Source of the DNA: Candidatus Cloacimonadota bacterium
GTDB lineage: Bacteria; Cloacimonadota; Cloacimonadia; Cloacimonadales; TCS61
NCBI GenBank assembly: GCA_029932755.1
Contig: JAOZPK010000003.1
Span: 1-37,682 of the forward strand
Length of the DNA stretch: 37,682 nt
Reading direction: 5' to 3'
Below, in pieces: positions 1-9,492 of this stretch (within the stretch, counting starts at the first letter, position 1; each line of letters starts with the position of its first letter). The notes beneath the pieces were generated by a model. The model was not told the origin of the DNA and ran no database searches. It worked only from the letters and a program-made list of their open reading frames with translations. A program made the translations under genes and the position numbers.

Positions 1-366
1 CATTTAAAAAGCTGTTTTTAATGGATTTGCGTCAAGTTAAATAAAATATTACATAAGACAATTTATAATATATAATTAAATAAAAAATAATAAAAACTCA
101 GGTAAGCTCAAAAAAAACTTGACTCTCCCCGGAATTATCTCACGTTTGACTCAGAAGTTCTCAATAATTCTCATTTTTTCTCAAAAATGGGTTTTGCATA
201 ATAGAGTGGTTTTGTCAGCCTGACGAATCTTACATGTTGCTCTCAGAAAGAATCTCCGCTTATAATGGGATTCTTCGTCGAATGCCCACGTAAGTTCATC
301 CTCAGAAAGACAAACATATTATATTTTTGAGAATCTTCTATTACTCAAACGATTAAGGAGGTTGTG

Positions 367-807
367 ATGTCGGGTGAATTCTTAGGTACATTTCAAAACT
401 CGGTTAATAAGCTTAAATGGATCACTATTCCTGCCGTTTTTAAGAAGAAATTCAATCCGCAGATAAAGCAAACAGTTGTAATTACACTAGGACCGAATGG
501 AAATATTGCAATCTATCCTCTCGATAATTGGAATGAAAAAATTGATAAATTGAAAAATGGTGTCGACCGTGATAAACAGTTGCTTTCTAACCTGCGTACA
601 TTTGCCTCTTCCGAACAGAAAATGGAAAAAAACGGTAGAATAAAAATTGGTAGTGAGCTTTTGGAGATAGCCAATATTGAAGATAAGGTGATCATAAAGG
701 GAACCGGAAATTATATTTCCGTTTGGAGTCCGCAGAATTACGAACAATTCCGTCAGAAACGTTTAGAAGAACACAAGAAACAATTTAATTCTATGGATTA
801 TCAATAA
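367..807 (+). CDS. mraZ: Transcriptional regulator MraZ
   Basis: First gene of a canonical dcw cluster, 146 aa. Two-half architecture; the second half, KNGRIKIGSELLE, resembles the MraZ GR(I/L)x(I/L)P-type motif. AAGGAGG at 355-361 fits ATG 367; the ORF-track GTG 364 is only 2 nt from the SD. The stop overlaps the rsmH start (TAATG). Confidence 0.85.
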   Translation: MSGEFLGTFQNSVNKLKWITIPAVFKKKFNPQIKQTVVITLGPNGNIAIYPLDNWNEKIDKLKNGVDRDKQLLSNLRTFASSEQKMEKNGRIKIGSELLEIANIEDKVIIKGTGNYISVWSPQNYEQFRQKRLEEHKKQFNSMDYQ

Positions 808-1739
808 TGAAAGAATACCACGTTCCGGTATTATTAACTGAATGTCTTGAAGCGTTGGATCTGCAGGATGGCAAAATTTATGTAGATGCAACCTTTGGTG
901 GTGGAGGTCATTCCCGCGCAATATTAGAAAGTGGAAAAGATATAAAATTATACGGTTTTGATCAAGATCCCGATTCAATTGAGCAAAGTAAGATCTTAAC
1001 AGAAAAATATCCTGAGAAATTTGTAATGATCAAAGAAAATTTTGCTAATATACGAACCGGACTTGCCCTTGAGAGAATAAAAAAGGTTGATGGCATACTT
1101 TTTGATCTTGGTGTTTCATCTCATCAAATCAATGATCCTGCCCGCGGCTTTAGCTTTAGTGGTGACGGAGACCTGAACATGCGAATGGATCAAGAGACCG
1201 AACTTACCGCTGCAGACGTGGTCAATACACACCCATTTGAAGAGCTTGCTAAAATATTTCGTGAATATGGTGAAGAGAAAGAAGCTGCCAGAATTGCCAG
1301 TAACATAATTTTAGAGAGATCTAAGAAAGAAATTCAGACAACTTTGCAGTTATCTACAATAATCGAGAATTGTATAATTTCCAAAAAGAGCATTAAAGCT
1401 AAAGCGAGGATCTTCCAAGCATTGCGGATCTACATCAATAAAGAGATGGAAGTTCTAAAAACAGCTCTGAATGATTCAGTTAAGATTTTGAATCCCGGTG
1501 GTAGAATTGTTGTTATTTCTTATCATAGTTTAGAAGACAGAATTGTTAAGAACATCTTTAAATATGAAGCGAAATCGTGCATCTGTCCACCTGAATTCCC
1601 ATTATGTGTTTGTGATAAGGTGGCAACCTTAAATATAATATCGAGAAAGCCTATCGTTCCAACTGTGCGAGAGATAGAAAATAATCCGCGTGCCAGAAGC
1701 GCAAAATTAAGAATTGCCCAAAAGAGGGAGGTTTCATGA
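807..1739 (+). CDS. rsmH: 16S rRNA (cytosine1402-N4)-methyltransferase RsmH/MraW
   Basis: 310 aa. N-terminal HVPVLL, SAM-binding DATFGGGGHS, FDLGVSS, SYHSLEDR motifs. Position directly after mraZ. Confidence 0.95.
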   Translation: MKEYHVPVLLTECLEALDLQDGKIYVDATFGGGGHSRAILESGKDIKLYGFDQDPDSIEQSKILTEKYPEKFVMIKENFANIRTGLALERIKKVDGILFDLGVSSHQINDPARGFSFSGDGDLNMRMDQETELTAADVVNTHPFEELAKIFREYGEEKEAARIASNIILERSKKEIQTTLQLSTIIENCIISKKSIKAKARIFQALRIYINKEMEVLKTALNDSVKILNPGGRIVVISYHSLEDRIVKNIFKYEAKSCICPPEFPLCVCDKVATLNIISRKPIVPTVREIENNPRARSAKLRIAQKREVS

Positions 1740-2065
1740 ACTGGAAAATAATTACCATTGCACTATTAATTATTGTTTCAATATTTTGTCATTATAGTAA
1801 TAAACACAAGATCATAGTTTACGGACGCAAACTTGATGAGTCACGGGAACTTTATCAAGCCCAGAAGGTTAATAATTTAGATCTCTTAACTTTGAACAGT
1901 AAACTAAGTTCTCGCGACCGTATCCAAAGACTTGCCTCACAAAATCTGGATATGTTCTTTCCTGCCGATAATGAGAATGTACACAATATTAAATTTGATA
2001 ATAAGAAAGAGACCTTCCGCCTTATTGATTACATTGTCCCCTCGGCTGAAGCACTAACCAGGTAA
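1736..2065 (+). CDS. ftsL: Cell division protein FtsL-like (small bitopic membrane protein)
   Basis: 109 aa. Single N-terminal TM helix (IITIALLIIVSIF) followed by a charged, coiled-coil-like region. Lies between rsmH and ftsI with an ATGA overlap with rsmH. Called by position and topology, not by sequence motif. Confidence 0.7.
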   Translation: MNWKIITIALLIIVSIFCHYSNKHKIIVYGRKLDESRELYQAQKVNNLDLLTLNSKLSSRDRIQRLASQNLDMFFPADNENVHNIKFDNKKETFRLIDYIVPSAEALTR

Positions 2066-2072
2066 TATTATT

Positions 2073-2099
2073 GCTCATTCAAACGAATGAGCTTTTTTT
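2073..2099 (+). terminator. Intrinsic-terminator-like hairpin between ftsL and ftsI
   Basis: Perfect 8-bp stem gctcattc (2073-2080) / gaatgagc (2085-2092), 4-nt loop aaac, then T7 (2093-2099). It is immediately followed by the ftsI ATG at 2100. Confidence 0.5.
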
Positions 2100-4280
2100 A
2101 TGAATATTAGAATAAAATTTTTCTTAGCTTTCAACTTACTATTTATCCTTATTTGGATCGGTTATCTATTTTCAATTCAAATTTTAGATGCTCATAAACT
2201 AAAAGCGACTGTGCAGATCCGCCAAAATCCTTCCAAAGAGATATTGATACCAAATCGCGGGAACATTTATGATCGAGAAGGTGAACTGTTGGTAAGCTCA
2301 GTAAAATATTATCAACTCGATGTGGATAGACGTGCCATAATTAATGATTGCAAGAATAATTCAGAATTAACAGTCAAAGAAGTATTTAGCAAAATTGCCA
2401 AAATAATTTCAGAGAATAGTGTGGCAAAGAAAAATTTCCTATTAAAACGTTTAAATAAAAAGCCCCAATATTCAAGTGTTTATCTCACAACTGATATTTC
2501 AGAAAATCAACTCCATATTATTAAACAGGAATTCGCAAAAGAGAAAATAAATGGATTGGTTGCTTCATTCAGCAACATTAAACGTTCATACCCTCACGAT
2601 AAACTTGGTTCTAATTTCTTAGGAATTATAGATGATTGTAAACAGGGAAGTTCGAATAATTCTATCTATACTACTATTGGGAAAAATGGAATTGAGGCAA
2701 CTTACAATAAGCAACTCTGTGGAGAAATTGGTTGGAGAGAAACGATCTACGATGCTAATAATAGGATGATCCCGCTTTTATTCCTTAAAGAAAAATCTGC
2801 TCAGCCCGGTAAATCTGTTTATCTCACAATTGATATGGAAATCCAGGAAATTTTGGAAGAGAAATTGATAATCGGCCTTAAAGAATATAAAGCAAAGAAT
2901 GCAATTGGTATTGTTATGGATCCATTTTCAGGTGAAATATTGGCAATGGCAGGTCTTAACAAAGATCATAAAAAAAAATCTGCAAAAGAACTGCGTTCGG
3001 TTACTAATATTGCAGCTTCTTTCATGTTCGAACCGGGCTCCACCTTAAAACCGATCACAGCTCTTCTCGCTTTAGAAAAAAATATCTATAAACCATCAGA
3101 TATAGTTGACTGTACAGATTATCACCTGGAATATGAACAAGAAGAACGGATTATCAAAGACGATCATAAGTATAAAACACTCAGTTTTAAGGATATTATT
3201 GCTTATTCTAGTAATGTTGGGATTAGCAGGATAGTTGAGAAAATCGGCAGCAAAGTACTTTATGAGCGCATGATCGCAATGGGGTTTGGTCATAAAACAG
3301 GATCTAATATTTCGGGTGAAGCATCAGGGATATTCCGAAAACTTAAAGACTGGCAGGGTTTCTCACTTCACTCGATCTCTTTTGGTCAGGAAATTTCCGT
3401 GAGTGCATTACAGTTGGCAAATGCTTATTGCTCGCTGGCTAACGGCGGAAAGGTGATGCAACCGCATCTGATTAAAGAGATAAGAGACAAGAACAATAAA
3501 ATAATTACTTCTTATAAACCGAAAGTTTTACGGAAGATTTCCGATAAGAGATCTCTCGATACATTAAAAGTTTTCTTAAAAAGCGTAGTAGATTATGGAA
3601 CTGCTACCGGAACAAAGTTGGAACATCTTACAATAGCCGGGAAAACAGGTACTTCCGAAAAAGCGATAAGTGGAAAAATTGGATATGAAGAAGAAAAATA
3701 CACTTCTGTTTTCGCAGGATTCTTCCCTGTAAATAAACCTCAGTACGTTATGGTGATCATATATGATGAAGCAGATTACAAATCATACTCTTATTATGCT
3801 TCACTTTCTGCTGTTCCCACCTTTAGAGATGTTGTTAAAAAAATAGTTAATCTTCCGGATACAGATGTAATTGCCAATGTGAAAGAAGATAATAAAAAAT
3901 TTGTTTTCGCTCCTGACGTAACCGGACTGCAATTAGAAAAAGCAATTAAAATTTTACAAAAAGAAGGAATAAATTTCATCGTAACCGGTGATAATAAAGA
4001 TGGGGAAATAATCAATCAATACCCTAAACCCAACACCTCATTTGATAAAAATGAGAAGATCATCCTTAACCTTGACAATAAACAGGATGCCGAGCAAATG
4101 AATGTCGATGCTTATGCAATGCCGGATCTGATGGGATTGAGCCTTAGAAAGGCAATTGCCATATCAAACAGAAGCAGTGTAAAGCTGGTGATCCGCGGGA
4201 ATGGGATCATCTCAGCTCAGTCAATAAAACCGGGTTCTAATATTAAATTTGGAGAAGTATGTACAGTAACGGCAAAATGA
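2100..4280 (+). CDS. ftsI: Class B penicillin-binding protein / peptidoglycan D,D-transpeptidase FtsI with two C-terminal PASTA-like domains
   Basis: 726 aa with an N-terminal TM helix. Transpeptidase motifs STLK (FEPGSTLKP), SSN (AYSSNVG), KTGT (AGKTGTSE). C-terminal repeats APDVTGLQLEKAIKIL... and MPDLMGLSLRKAIAIS... match the PASTA pattern. Position after ftsL. Confidence 0.9.
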   Translation: MNIRIKFFLAFNLLFILIWIGYLFSIQILDAHKLKATVQIRQNPSKEILIPNRGNIYDREGELLVSSVKYYQLDVDRRAIINDCKNNSELTVKEVFSKIAKIISENSVAKKNFLLKRLNKKPQYSSVYLTTDISENQLHIIKQEFAKEKINGLVASFSNIKRSYPHDKLGSNFLGIIDDCKQGSSNNSIYTTIGKNGIEATYNKQLCGEIGWRETIYDANNRMIPLLFLKEKSAQPGKSVYLTIDMEIQEILEEKLIIGLKEYKAKNAIGIVMDPFSGEILAMAGLNKDHKKKSAKELRSVTNIAASFMFEPGSTLKPITALLALEKNIYKPSDIVDCTDYHLEYEQEERIIKDDHKYKTLSFKDIIAYSSNVGISRIVEKIGSKVLYERMIAMGFGHKTGSNISGEASGIFRKLKDWQGFSLHSISFGQEISVSALQLANAYCSLANGGKVMQPHLIKEIRDKNNKIITSYKPKVLRKISDKRSLDTLKVFLKSVVDYGTATGTKLEHLTIAGKTGTSEKAISGKIGYEEEKYTSVFAGFFPVNKPQYVMVIIYDEADYKSYSYYASLSAVPTFRDVVKKIVNLPDTDVIANVKEDNKKFVFAPDVTGLQLEKAIKILQKEGINFIVTGDNKDGEIINQYPKPNTSFDKNEKIILNLDNKQDAEQMNVDAYAMPDLMGLSLRKAIAISNRSSVKLVIRGNGIISAQSIKPGSNIKFGEVCTVTAK

Positions 4281-7042
4281 TCCCAATTGCTGAGATCATA
4301 ACAATATTGCAAAAACATGAGCTTCTAATAGAGAACATTAATACTTCTTCTTCAAATAGATATTCCGGTATTCAAACCGATTCCAGAAAGATCAGGGAAG
4401 GGCATGTTTTCGTTTGCATTTTCGGTTTTGTAGTCGATGGACATGATTACGCTCAAAAAGCTGTTGATAGCGGTGCAAAACTTTTAATCGTTGAAAGAGA
4501 ACTTAAAATTGATATCCCCCAGATAGTTGTATTAAATGCACGAAAAGCAACCGCTTTATTGGCAACATTATTTTTTGACAATCCTTCTAAAAAATTAAAG
4601 ATAATTGGAATAACCGGTACAAATGGGAAAACAACTATTGGCAGTATCTTGGAACATATTCTCACTGATAATGGTAAAAAAGTTGGTTTAATTGGAACTC
4701 TGGGCTACTCTATAAATGGCGTTACCCATAAATCTGAAAGAACAACACCCGACATCATCGTTCTGAATACGATCTTCTGTAAAATGATCGATGAAAAAGT
4801 AGAATTTGTGATCATGGAAGTTTCTTCACACGCTTTATCGTTAGATAGAACATTCGCAATACATTTTCATACTGCTGTTTTCACAAATCTCACTCAAGAT
4901 CATCTCGATTTTCACTTAACCTTAAATGAATATGCAAAAACAAAATTTAAATTATTTGAAAATGCCGATAGGGCTTTTATCAATATTGATGATGAACACG
5001 GCGAAAGATTATACAATAAATGCTCATTCACTAAATATGGAATTTCATTCAAAGAAGGAGAAATTGTTATTGGAGAACATGATTACAGTATCTCCGGTTC
5101 AAACTTCAAGCTAAGTTTTAATGATAATGAATTCCAACTTAAAACAAATTTAATAGGTAAATACAATATCTTTAATACTGCAACTGCATTTTCTGTGGCA
5201 CTTGAACTATTAGGAATATCAAGTTCGAAACAGATTAGCGGATCTATTAATAATCTCAACTGTATTCCCGGCAGATTACAGCAAGTTCCAAACGATAATA
5301 ATATTGGCGTTTACATAGATTATGCCCACACACCTGATGCACTGGAAAACGTATTAGCAACACTTAAGAAGATCAAGAAAAAAAAGATGATCTGCGTATT
5401 TGGAGCAGGTGGCAGCAGGGATAAAACCAAACGGCCTAAAATGCTTAAAGCTGCCAAATACGCTGATAGAATAATAATTACAAATGATAATCCGCGTGAT
5501 GAGGAACCTGCTGAAATCATTCGCGATATAATAAAAGATGCAGAAGAAAATATTCCATTCTGGATAATCCGCGACAGAAAGAGAGCAATTCAAACTGCAA
5601 TAAATTTCGCGAAAGAGAACGACGTCGTTCTCATTGCCGGGAAAGGTCATGAAAGATATCAGGAGATCAAAGGAAAAAAATTTGACTTCGATGATATAAA
5701 AGAAGCAGAAAATGCACTTGATCATTCGTTTGATTATAATAATTCCCTTTCACTTCCGCTTGATCCTCTTCAACTTGAACTGATCTTCCAGCAAAACCTG
5801 ATGATCAATAATGATCCCTTAATTGAAAATATTTCTACTGATTCACGTTCAATAAAAGAGAATTCTCTTTTCTTTGCTTTAAAGGGTGAAAACTTTGATG
5901 GTCATGATTATGTTGAGAAAATACTCAAAAAGAAGAATTGTTGGGCAGTTGTAAACATGGATTACCAGAGCAATTCAAGAAATATTATTCGGGTAAAAAA
6001 CACATTAGAAGCTTTTGCCCTGCTGGCAAAGATCTATAAAAATCAGTTCGATCTGACTACAATTGCTTTAACCGGAAGTTTTGGGAAAACAACAATGAAA
6101 GAATATTTGTATAATATTCTATCTGAAATTGCTCCTACGCATAAAACATTTGGTAATGAGAATAATCTCATTGGTGTTCCCAAAACGATTTTTCGGCTTG
6201 ATCCCAGGTATAAATATTCAGTTTTAGAACTTGGAACAAATCAGTTCGGAGAAATTGAAAAGCTGGTTATGATCACAAATCCCGATATTGGTGTTATTAT
6301 TTCTATTGGAGCTTCGCATCTTGAATTCTTAAATGATGAATTTGGCGTTTTCAAAGAAAAAACAGCACTCTTCCAACACGATCTTAAAGATAAGTTTTTT
6401 CCTGCTGATGATGATAGATTTAAGAAATTCTCAGGAGTCTCCTTTGGTTCTTCTCCACATTCTGATTTCAGATTCACAAATATTCATACAGAAAATGATA
6501 TTACAAAGTTTAAAGTAAATGAGATAGAGTTTTCCATTCCAACTCCATTCAAAGATTACTCACTAAATGCCGGAATCGCAATTGCCATTGCATTAAAATT
6601 ACAGATTGGCAAAAATGTGATCCAAACCGGATTAAATAAACCACTTCAAATCTCTCAAAGAATGGAGATAATCAAACAAAATGGGAAAACACTTCTGGTT
6701 GATTGCTATAATGCAAATCCTGATTCCATGAAAGCTGCACTTGTATTCTGGAATGAATACGAAGTGGAAAAACCGCATTATGCAATTCTCGGAGATATGC
6801 TGGAACTTGGAAAATTGACAAAAGAACTGCACAAAAATATGTTGATCGTGCTTAAAGAGATGGATTATAAACAGTTAATCTCTGTTGGAATTGTATCACG
6901 TGCATTCAATGCTGATGCACATTTTGAAGATGTTGATAAATTTTTATCATCTGGGATGCTGGAAAAGATTCCAGAAAATGCTGTTGTCTTGATCAAAGCT
7001 TCTCATGGAATTAAATTAGAAAAAATAATAGGAAGGATTTAA
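4277..7042 (+). CDS. murE-murF: Fused bifunctional MurE (UDP-MurNAc-L-Ala-D-Glu:meso-DAP ligase) / MurF (UDP-MurNAc-tripeptide:D-Ala-D-Ala ligase)
   Basis: Single uninterrupted ORF. N-half: P-loop GITGTNGKTT, TNDNPRDEEP (DNPR, meso-DAP-type motif), AGKGHE. C-half: ISTDSRSIKENSLFFALKGENFDGHDY, P-loop LTGSFGKTT, DCYNANPDSM. ATG 4277 makes an ATGA overlap with the ftsI stop; the ORF-track ATG 4259 is an alternative start. Confidence 0.9.
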   Translation: MIPIAEIITILQKHELLIENINTSSSNRYSGIQTDSRKIREGHVFVCIFGFVVDGHDYAQKAVDSGAKLLIVERELKIDIPQIVVLNARKATALLATLFFDNPSKKLKIIGITGTNGKTTIGSILEHILTDNGKKVGLIGTLGYSINGVTHKSERTTPDIIVLNTIFCKMIDEKVEFVIMEVSSHALSLDRTFAIHFHTAVFTNLTQDHLDFHLTLNEYAKTKFKLFENADRAFINIDDEHGERLYNKCSFTKYGISFKEGEIVIGEHDYSISGSNFKLSFNDNEFQLKTNLIGKYNIFNTATAFSVALELLGISSSKQISGSINNLNCIPGRLQQVPNDNNIGVYIDYAHTPDALENVLATLKKIKKKKMICVFGAGGSRDKTKRPKMLKAAKYADRIIITNDNPRDEEPAEIIRDIIKDAEENIPFWIIRDRKRAIQTAINFAKENDVVLIAGKGHERYQEIKGKKFDFDDIKEAENALDHSFDYNNSLSLPLDPLQLELIFQQNLMINNDPLIENISTDSRSIKENSLFFALKGENFDGHDYVEKILKKKNCWAVVNMDYQSNSRNIIRVKNTLEAFALLAKIYKNQFDLTTIALTGSFGKTTMKEYLYNILSEIAPTHKTFGNENNLIGVPKTIFRLDPRYKYSVLELGTNQFGEIEKLVMITNPDIGVIISIGASHLEFLNDEFGVFKEKTALFQHDLKDKFFPADDDRFKKFSGVSFGSSPHSDFRFTNIHTENDITKFKVNEIEFSIPTPFKDYSLNAGIAIAIALKLQIGKNVIQTGLNKPLQISQRMEIIKQNGKTLLVDCYNANPDSMKAALVFWNEYEVEKPHYAILGDMLELGKLTKELHKNMLIVLKEMDYKQLISVGIVSRAFNADAHFEDVDKFLSSGMLEKIPENAVVLIKASHGIKLEKIIGRI

Positions 7043-7044
7043 AA

Positions 7045-8160
7045 ATGTTCTATCACCTTTTTGCCCCTTTAGCCAATACGGAAATACTCGGGTACAACTT
7101 ATTTAGAGTATTTCAGTATGTAACATTTCGTTCGATCGCAGCTTTTATCACTGCAATTTTTTTCTCGATATTGTTAGGACCTAAATTTATTAAAATGCTG
7201 AAAAAACACCAAGCTGTTGAAAGTATTAATGATTACGTTCCCATCTCACATAAAGAAAAAGAAGGAACTCCTACAATGGGAGGTCTCATTGTGATTTGCA
7301 GTATTTTACTTTCTGTACTTTTATGGAATAACCTTATAAATAGTTATGTTCTCATCATGATAATTACAACTATCTGGTTAGGTGCAACTGGTTTCTTGGA
7401 TGACTACCTTAAAAATTTCTTAAAGATGAAAAAAGGGTTGATCGCAAAATATAAATTACTTTCTCAGATCGCACTGGGTTTACTAATCGCATTTGCTTTA
7501 TATTATGGTGCACAAGATCCCGATATTATCACGAAAATTAATCTACCATTTTTCAAAGGTAATTCAATCCAATTAAGACTCCTTTTTATTCCATTTGTTG
7601 TTTTTATGGTTACCGCAACTTCAAATGCAGTAAATTTAACAGATGGATTGGATGGATTAGCAGGCGGAACCGTTGCAATAGCAGCATTGGGACTGGGAAT
7701 AATGGCTTATATTAAAGGTAATTTTGTTTTAGCAGGATATCTGAATTTGGATTTTATTCAAAACGCAGGTGAACTAACAGTATTTATTGCTGCACTAATT
7801 GGAACTTTACTCGGATTTTTATGGTATAATGTAAAACCAGCTCAGATCATACTTGGAGATACGGGATCACTTTCTTTGGGTGGGATATTAGCCGCTCTTG
7901 CAGTGTTGCTGAGAGAAGAGTTTTTCTTTGTCATTGTTGGTGGCATATTTGTTGTGGAAGCTCTTTCCACAATTATTCAACGTTATCACTTTAAATATAC
8001 AAGAGTTAAAACTGGAACAGGAAAACGTGTTTTCCTTTGTGCTCCGATACATCATCATTACGAACTAAAAGGAATCTCAGAAGAAAAGATCGTGGTCCGC
8101 TTCTGGATCATTGCTGCACTTCTTGTGGGTATAGGTTTGGCGACTTTAAAACTAAGGTAG
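7045..8160 (+). CDS. mraY: Phospho-N-acetylmuramoyl-pentapeptide transferase MraY
   Basis: 371 aa polytopic membrane protein. Motifs GTPTMGG, NAVNLTDGLDGLA, PIHHHYE. dcw position. Confidence 0.95.
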   Translation: MFYHLFAPLANTEILGYNLFRVFQYVTFRSIAAFITAIFFSILLGPKFIKMLKKHQAVESINDYVPISHKEKEGTPTMGGLIVICSILLSVLLWNNLINSYVLIMIITTIWLGATGFLDDYLKNFLKMKKGLIAKYKLLSQIALGLLIAFALYYGAQDPDIITKINLPFFKGNSIQLRLLFIPFVVFMVTATSNAVNLTDGLDGLAGGTVAIAALGLGIMAYIKGNFVLAGYLNLDFIQNAGELTVFIAALIGTLLGFLWYNVKPAQIILGDTGSLSLGGILAALAVLLREEFFFVIVGGIFVVEALSTIIQRYHFKYTRVKTGTGKRVFLCAPIHHHYELKGISEEKIVVRFWIIAALLVGIGLATLKLR

Positions 8161-8163
8161 GAA

Positions 8164-9492
8164 ATGAAAGTAGAAAATAGGAGATTTGGAATTCTTGGTA
8201 TGGCAAGAAGCGGAATTTCCGTAGCGACTAAGATAAAAGAACTTGGTGGAATTGCCTTTATTAGCGAATATAAGAATGAAACAGAAATAGCCAATTCTAA
8301 ACAAATTAAAAACACTTTCCAATGTGAATTCGGAGGACATACGATAAGGCTCCTTAATAATGATGTTCTTATTTTAAGCCCGGGAATTCCTGGAAATATT
8401 CCAATTCTAAAAGAAGCTGAGAAACAAAATATTGAAATCATAAGTGAGATAGAATTCAGTTTCAGGATAAAACACCCTCACAGCAAGATAATTGCCATAA
8501 CCGGTTCTAACGGTAAAAGCACAACTGTAAGTCTTATTCATCATATCTTACAAACTGCCGGATACAACTCTATCCTTGCAGGAAATATTGGGACTGCATT
8601 TTCCTCTTATCCAATAGAAAAGGAAGATATTGATTTTGTTGTTTTAGAACTTAGCAGCTTCCAACTTGAGCTTATAGATTCATTCAAAGCTGATGTTGCA
8701 GCAATTCTCAACATTACACCGGATCACCTTGATCGCTATGATAGTTTTGAGGATTATGCCGAAACTAAATTCAATATTTTCAAGAACCAGAACGCTAATG
8801 ATCTTGCTATTATAAATATGGATGATATTATTTCAGCAAAATTCACTGATAAGATAATTTCTGATCTCAAATATTTTTCTTCTAATCCTAAAGCTGATAT
8901 ATATTCTAAAGAAAATTCAATTATATTTAGTTCGAAAGAATTTTCTATTCAAAAAGCGGCAATTCAAGGTCCTCATAACATCGCAAATATGATGTGTGCA
9001 ATCCTGGCAGTTTCACCTTTTAATATTGAAAATGATATAATCCAGAAATCATTAAAGACTTTTTCACCTCTTGCCCATCGTATGGAATTTGTAATAGAAG
9101 TAGATGGCATAAAGTTCTACAACGATTCTAAAGCAACAAATACAGATTCCGTAAGGTATGCACTCCAGTCTTTTAACACACCAATCAGAATAATCATGGG
9201 TGGAGCCGGCAAAGGTGAAGATTACAGAAGTTTGATCCCGCATTTAAAAGAACAGGCAAAAAAAGTTTATCTAACTGGAGATACTATTGATGAAATGAAA
9301 AAGGCATTTGAAGGTTCTGTAGAAATTGAATCAATTAAAGAGTTTGAAGATGTTATAAAAAAAGCATTCTTCGATTCTGAAAACGGAGATATTATTGTTC
9401 TTTCTCCTGCCTGCACAAGTTATGATAGCTTCAAGAATTTCGAAGAGCGTGGTAACACCTTTAAAGAAATTGTTTCAAGGCTGAAAAAATGA
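8164..9492 (+). CDS. murD: UDP-N-acetylmuramoylalanine--D-glutamate ligase MurD
   Basis: 442 aa. Mur-ligase P-loop ITGSNGKST, NITPDHLDRY, DSKATN. dcw position between mraY and ftsW. Confidence 0.95.
   Translation: MKVENRRFGILGMARSGISVATKIKELGGIAFISEYKNETEIANSKQIKNTFQCEFGGHTIRLLNNDVLILSPGIPGNIPILKEAEKQNIEIISEIEFSFRIKHPHSKIIAITGSNGKSTTVSLIHHILQTAGYNSILAGNIGTAFSSYPIEKEDIDFVVLELSSFQLELIDSFKADVAAILNITPDHLDRYDSFEDYAETKFNIFKNQNANDLAIINMDDIISAKFTDKIISDLKYFSSNPKADIYSKENSIIFSSKEFSIQKAAIQGPHNIANMMCAILAVSPFNIENDIIQKSLKTFSPLAHRMEFVIEVDGIKFYNDSKATNTDSVRYALQSFNTPIRIIMGGAGKGEDYRSLIPHLKEQAKKVYLTGDTIDEMKKAFEGSVEIESIKEFEDVIKKAFFDSENGDIIVLSPACTSYDSFKNFEERGNTFKEIVSRLKK

Noticed and set aside
1-19. catttaaaaagctgttt at the window start resembles catttaaaagctgttt at 30993-31008 (just upstream of the ABC-F start)
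   Set aside because: A single 16-17-nt AT-rich match with an indel. The contexts differ (350 nt versus 10 nt from a start codon). It cannot be distinguished from chance without genome-wide counts.
2970-2978. A9 homopolymers inside coding regions (2970-2978 in ftsI; 28679-28687 in the PAP2 gene) as phase-variation tracts
   Set aside because: They encode Lys runs in an AT-rich genome, and one is in an essential gene. There is no evidence of frame disruption.
5354-5725. 123-aa minus-strand ORF, and similar antisense ORFs inside the dcw genes (e.g. 8058-8441, 16219-16602, 16421-16744, 16762-17007, 17254-17511)
   Set aside because: All lie fully antisense to genes with strong family motifs. They have low-complexity, Ile/Phe/Ser-rich translations typical of AT-rich antisense frames, and no SDs.
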